A stretch of DNA of 64,000 nt from Amphiscolops sp. MND2022 (taxonomy: Eukaryota). Where the stretch lies: the NCBI GenBank assembly GCA_964187785.1, contig OZ076409.1:5954001-6018000 (forward strand). Direction: 5' to 3'. The translations under genes were made by a program, and so were the position numbers. Below are positions 58,809 through 64,000 of the stretch, piece after piece (the stretch's first letter is position 1; the number at the start of each line of letters is the position of its first letter). The notes beneath the pieces are model-generated. The model was not told where the DNA came from, ran no database searches, and saw only the letters and a program-made list of their open reading frames with translations.

Positions 58809-60505
58809 TTTTTTGAGTCAGGCTTTTTTGAATTGGATTGGCCTGATGTAGATGTTGTTGGTTTTTCGTTTTTAGTGCGGGTGTCTTCGTCTTGAGGGGG
58901 CTCCGTGTCGTTGGAGTCATTTCTATTCCGTTTTGGACGAAGGTGGGCACCTTCAGCACGCCAACATTTCTCTGCTGGGTGGTTAGTTTTGTTGCAGGTG
59001 GGACATTCTGGATAAGTTGGGCATTGAGGCTTCTTGCCATTTTTGGCCTCCAATTCCTTCTTCTTTTTCAGTTTTGGACAATTTTTCCAGAAATAGTCTT
59101 CAGCCTTGCAGTACGAGCATTGGTTATTTTGGTTGGTATCAATGCCAGTGGATAATAGATTTTCCGTTTTGCCTGACGATGACACCATTGTGGCTATGGG
59201 TAGGTCGTCAGATTCTTCTAAGGCGTTTAATTCAAGCTTTCTTTCCAATTGTGCCACAATCTCCTCGTAGGTCCCGTTTTCCAGTCGGGCCATATTCACG
59301 GATCTTTTGAGTTTTGGTGGTAACTTAGCATATAGGAGGCTATCGATCATGCTCTTGGCGTTTTCCCCAAAAGCTTTCTCGGCACCCTGGTTGAGTTCTT
59401 CGATGAAGTCGGGTAGTTTCATTATGTTGGGGTCGAAAATGAGTCTGTGCCACTTGTGTTTGGCTGTGGCTTGAGACTCGGGTTTAACGTACTTGCGACG
59501 AAAAATGGCGAGTACGTCTTCCAGTGTTTGACGGTTTATAGAGTTTACATTTCGGAAAGTTTGTAGGGCTCCTCTTCGGAGCAATGAATGAAATTGGTTT
59601 ATTTTCATTTGTTCCGTCATAGCGGGCTGCATCTTTATCATTGTATGAAATAAGTCTTCAAACAATTCAAATTTTTCTGCTTTGCCGTCAAATGTCATGG
59701 GGTTCGTAGTGACTGGTCTAATTGTCATTGTCTGTGGTTTGTTCGTGAGATTTACCAGGACATCGGCCAGTCGGTTGATGGGGTCTTGTGGCTGTTCAGC
59801 TGTAACGGGCTCCGCCACTGGTAGAGTTGTATCCAGAGTTGTATCACGCGCGGATTCTTGTCTCTGAAGGTCTGGCTGAGAGTGAATTCGTCCTGTGAGG
59901 AATTCAGGAATCGGATGTTGGAGTTCGTTAGCTCCTGTCACTATGTAAGGAGTGTTGTCCAAATGATCCCTCAGATCACAAGCGGACCTTGAGTCCTTCT
60001 TTTTAATTTTCGTATTTGCGTTCTTCCATACTTTCCCAATTCCGTCCTCATTTGTGGACGTACACGGCTCAACGCCATGTTGACTCAAAGGCAAGTTTTC
60101 CACCATGTTTTGTATTTCCGGGATAAATCTCTCACGTCTGGCAGAACTAATGGCCCTGCTAACCTGTGATTGCATTAGGCCCATCATGGCATCCATCTCA
60201 CGTGACATCCTAGCATTCATTTCTCCAGACAACATGTTAATTGACTCCACTAGCCTGCTTTCTCTGACAGGCTCATTTCGACTATCGATGTCTCTGATCT
60301 CATTCTCTTGAGATGAAGTTTCTCTGTTAGGAAAGGATTGAAAGTCTTGCTGCCTTTCTGGGACATTAATTAGGCTATCTAGTTCTCTCTCTATTGAGTT
60401 TGAATTTCCTTCACCTAACATTACGTCCATGTTGCCGTAGTCGGACAACATATCTAATTCTCTCGATTTCCTGGCTTTTGCCTTTTGTTTCCTTGTAGAG
60501 GGCAT
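58805..60505 (-). CDS. gag: Gag of element 2 (566 aa), starting inside the 5' LTR
   Basis: FDGKAEKFELFEDLF capsid-like region; knuckles CSYCKAEDYFWKNC (degenerate) and CPTCNKTNHPAEKC. Confidence 0.9.
   Translation of the reverse strand: MPSTRKQKAKARKSRELDMLSDYGNMDVMLGEGNSNSIERELDSLINVPERQQDFQSFPNRETSSQENEIRDIDSRNEPVRESRLVESINMLSGEMNARMSREMDAMMGLMQSQVSRAISSARRERFIPEIQNMVENLPLSQHGVEPCTSTNEDGIGKVWKNANTKIKKKDSRSACDLRDHLDNTPYIVTGANELQHPIPEFLTGRIHSQPDLQRQESARDTTLDTTLPVAEPVTAEQPQDPINRLADVLVNLTNKPQTMTIRPVTTNPMTFDGKAEKFELFEDLFHTMIKMQPAMTEQMKINQFHSLLRRGALQTFRNVNSINRQTLEDVLAIFRRKYVKPESQATAKHKWHRLIFDPNIMKLPDFIEELNQGAEKAFGENAKSMIDSLLYAKLPPKLKRSVNMARLENGTYEEIVAQLERKLELNALEESDDLPIATMVSSSGKTENLLSTGIDTNQNNQCSYCKAEDYFWKNCPKLKKKKELEAKNGKKPQCPTYPECPTCNKTNHPAEKCWRAEGAHLRPKRNRNDSNDTEPPQDEDTRTKNEKPTTSTSGQSNSKKPDSKN
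58808..58814 (-). promoter_or_regulatory. -1 ribosomal frameshift slippery site A AAA AAC
   Basis: Immediately before the gag TAA; the -1 frame reads KKLISPRLQISDQMSI into the protease ORF. Confidence 0.8.
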
Positions 60506-61669
60506 TGAAAATGATTATCCAGGAGTAAATACTTGAATTGTTCCTGTGGACAATATTAACTAGGCTTCACAGTGAATCTTGTACAATATGTATAAGAGCA
60601 ACTGAACAGTAACCGTATTATTAGGACAATTGTCTTTCAGGGTCAAGCTGGGCGTATTTATACCCAAATTACCATGACACTCATAATTCTAAAGGTCATG
60701 TTACTAAAAATAACTTACAAGTTATAAATAAAACACGTCACTGCTAAAAATAGCATCGTTACGTCACAAAGGTCATTTGAAGGCGGGTAGATCAAAGTGC
60801 CTTTTTAGGCCATGTGACGAATAGGTAATGATATTCATATGCAGCAAACTATATGCAAACACTTTTACATGTAGATAAAATTCATGTATAACACAACTGA
60901 TGAGTAGCTGAAAAGGACCTATAGTTCCTTTTAACAGCGCAAAGCATCATTACATTTGAACATGTACATGAAGGCCCTATACGGCTATTGCCCGTTAGGG
61001 TTCTCTAATTTAATCCCAATCATAACACGGAAAGCAACACTACATGTTAGCAATATACATGTCTGGTCATTATATGGGGGGGTTACTTGTGTCTTTGCAT
61101 CACTAATTAATTGAGACACCAGTTTCATATAATAAGTACACACCATTTGAATGCTTATTGCGTCAACCGGCCGTGATAGGCCTTATTTACTGTATAGCAC
61201 CAAGACAATTAGTACAGTGAGTAGGGACAGCTATGTCACATAACCGCTTTCGTCCTGTTTGTAATCACTGAATATTATTCAAGTACAGCATCAAAGCACA
61301 GTAAGGCCGGCAAAGTTAATTGGCCGTATTGGTCCATTCTAAATAGCACTAGCTCAGATACGTAATAAGTAATAAGATGGCTGTTATAAACTGCACTCTG
61401 ATTGGCCAATTGACCATGGACGGCTTAGTTAGCTATACTGGACAGACAAACATTTGAACACGTTTCCTTTCTGCCTGTCAGTATAGCTTGCTGTCAAATG
61501 TATTTTACATGAAGAATAATAAAACAATTCACCAATCAACATTACATATTCAAAATAATACTAAATGTTTGAAAGTTTTAGTTTTATAATGGGAGTGTCC
61601 CAGGTAGGGCAATTGGCTTCGAATGGTCAATTGTATAGATATTGCCATCGCAGGCGGCAGCCTGCGACA
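59944..61669 (-). repeat. 5' LTR of element 2
   Basis: Direct repeat of 46719-48444; followed by PBS-like TAGTGACAGGAG inside gag. Confidence 0.95.
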
Positions 61670-62058
61670 CGTTCACTTCCTTTGTGCTGCGGCAACCTCA
61701 GTAATGTTGACTGGTTTTCTGCATCATTAGTTGTGTGAACTCCTAAGAAGTGATCTCCTTCAAAACGTCTCCCATTAAACTCTCCGTCAATTGCAAACTT
61801 CATGATTTTACACCTGCTCTTGGAGAAGTTGATAGTAACACACATAATCTATACAGTTTTTTTCTTGAAACTCTTATAATTCTAATGTGGGGCATGATGT
61901 TTTTGTAGCATAAAGGGCTTGGATTTAAACTGCATACAATAAGAAACGACGTACTAATGCTGTATGATAGCCATATATTTAGAGGAAAAATCTTATTGTT
62001 CGATGTCCCAGCAATCATGATCACAAATTGTCGGTTTCTCTTTCTCGACAATTGTTAC

Positions 62059-63738
62059 TGTGATAATCCTCTCTTAAGGGTTCAGCGTCAGATTCTTCGT
62101 CAGAATGAATAGTCACATCTACATCAGATTCAGCTCGAAACAATGGTTTCGCAGGATGCTTAAGGTCTTTCATCTTAGACGCTCTTAGAGGATAATCGTT
62201 GTTTTCAGAATCTGAGTTTTCATTATTAGATGCGTGAACTCTTATAGACGGGTCTATTCTGGATCCCGATGGTTGTGGTTCTTGTATTTCATTTATATCA
62301 GATCTTGGGTTTGTTGCAATTGAAGTATTTTTGTTGCATTTTATCTCTTTCAGAATTGCTTCTAGTTTACTATCCATTTCTTCTCTTATTCTCTCTATCC
62401 TTTCGGTATTTTTCTGCTCAACAATTTGTGTCCAAACTTGTATTTCATCACTAATTTGACTGGGTTCTCTTAGCTGGTTTTCCAAGTTTGGTTCACCTAA
62501 ATTTTCTTGAACATTTAAGTTAGAATTAGTTAAAGTTATATTACCTGTTTCTGAAGAATCGATCCTAGTTTCGCTTGTTTCTCTCTCAGTAGATGGGGTT
62601 GCTAGTCTCCTCGATCTTCGACTTCTTTTATTTCCCATTTTGCTCAGTAGAAAACAAGTTATGTTTGCTGGGGAAGAATTTGAATTATGTTCTCAAATTG
62701 AAAATCCAAACTTGAAAGAGAACAATGAAGGCAGTGGAAATGTGGGTTAGAGCTTATAGGAATTGGATCAACTGCACTCGGTGAAAGTTATTTCAATTGT
62801 GTTTTTCTTACAAAATCCTTATTTTCAAAAATATAAAACAATGACAATCATTTTTGCGAGCATCATAGAATCCTGGAAAATCTAAAAATAGGATAACGTC
62901 AGATTGCGTAATTCTATTTATATCATCTCCATAATGACGTAAATGCTTCTAATCATCCTTAAACCCTAGGAAAATGCTGCAAAATGATATATTGAACATC
63001 GCAAATACTATCTGATACAGTATAATTGCATGACATTCAAAAACTGCACATTTAGCTGAAAACCGCATAACTCCGCATATACGTCAGCCTCGAAACCGTA
63101 GGGTGACGTATAACACACGTGAACATTTTCCTCACGTTTGCTTAGTATTGTATATACAGCACAACACGATCCGCATAATATTTGCTAGAAACCGTATATT
63201 AACGTATAATCGTCACTGCAAGAAACGCATAGTGACGTATACTGCGAATGGCGAAATGGTATATTACCGCATACACTAATGATTCAAAACGTATGTTATC
63301 GCATATTCAAAAGCGTATAATGACGCATACTTGAAAATCATTTCACGCATAATGAAGTATATTCGTAAAGCTATTTCATGTATGATGACGCATCCTTATT
63401 AGTTGAAAAATGTCTAATGACACATAATCGCAATTCTAATTGTAGCATGATTACGCATAATGAAAGATCAAAAATCACAGATTTACCTTACTTATGTAGC
63501 TTTTAAGCACATGTTACTCTTATGAATGAATTTTAGATGAACTAGACGTCAATGAAAGGCTCAGAAAATATCTTAGAATGAAATTCATCAATGGAAATAC
63601 ACAAATAATTCCAAGACATTGTAGAATAACATCAAAAAGGAGTTTCGAGAGAGTTTAAAATGTTTTATTGTTAAGTCTTTCCAGATGTTCCTTTTCATTG
63701 CTGCACCACGGAACCATCGCATCTCGAGGGATGCGACA
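62059..63738 (-). repeat. 3' LTR of a related Gypsy family (element 3) containing a gag-like 5' ORF (62059-62638)
   Basis: TGTCGCA...TCACA ends; ORF MGNKRSRRS.. truncated at the LTR end as in element 2; ORF3 homolog enters it at the same register. Confidence 0.7.
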
Positions 63739-63973
63739 GTCCCGCATTTTTAAAAAGGAACAATGCTGCTTCAAATCCGTGGATGAATGCTCTAGATCTG
63801 ATCGCCCTTTCTTTGACCGTCTCGCCTTCATACTCTGTCGCAACCAGGTATTCACCTAGGGTCTCCAGTGCAATCTGATCGTAACATTTGCCGCAGAGTT
63901 CACAGTACCCCGCAACATTCGCCATCACTGTAGGAATCAGCCTGATGCTATTTCTCTCCTGTGCTGGGATCAA
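63695..63973 (-). CDS. ORF3 homolog of element 3 (C-terminal part)
   Basis: CELCGK..YL..GE..RAFIHG..CDG aligns with CVICGK..YL..GE..RSFMEG..CDG of element 2 ORF3. Confidence 0.7.
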   Translation of the reverse strand: MIPAQERNSIRLIPTVMANVAGYCELCGKCYDQIALETLGEYLVATEYEGETVKERAIRSRAFIHGFEAALFLFKNAGLSHPSRCDGSVVQQ

Positions 63974-64000
63974 TAGGGAATTGCTGCTATGAGTCGCATT

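Larger units (their letters stand above)
46719..61669 (-). mobile_element. Complete Ty3/Gypsy LTR retrotransposon (element 2), 14,951 bp, with accessory genes
   Basis: Two 1726-bp TG..CA LTRs; 5-bp TSD CGTTC (46714-46718, 61670-61674); gag-PR-RT-RH-IN order. Confidence 0.96.

Noticed and set aside
61627..62051. Possible host exon at the element 2 insertion site
   Set aside because: Short ORFs with no recognisable domain or clear splice sites

Overview
Repeat-dense eukaryotic (metazoan-like, short GT-AG introns) DNA made almost entirely of mobile elements; no host gene is confidently seen. From left to right: (1) a decayed minus-strand Ty3/Gypsy element (<1-~15255) with a near-identical 3.3 kb internal tandem duplication and a possible tRNA-Sec/Lys primer site; (2) LINE, RLE-type non-LTR, BEL/Pao and Helentron-like (HINE) remnants; (3) a complete 14,053-bp Polinton/Maverick (adintovirus-like endogenous virus, 22908-36960) with ~190-bp TIRs and AACAAG TSDs, nested in a pogo/Tc2-type MITE; it has a spliced zinc-finger pPolB, PHD-finger integrase, ATPase, penton, frameshifted hexon, adenain, a PLA2-like ORF, an HUH-motif ORF and extra spliced acidic exons; (4) an old BEL/Pao element (38618-45482); (5) a complete 14,951-bp Gypsy element (46719-61669, CGTTC TSD) whose 1726-bp LTRs contain the first ~187 gag codons and which carries, between pol and the 3' LTR, an intron-containing antisense BED/hAT-like gene divergent from a SIM/CxxC accessory ORF; (6) the 3' end of a related Gypsy family with the same architecture. 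Protein identities rest on motifs recognised by eye; no database searches were run.
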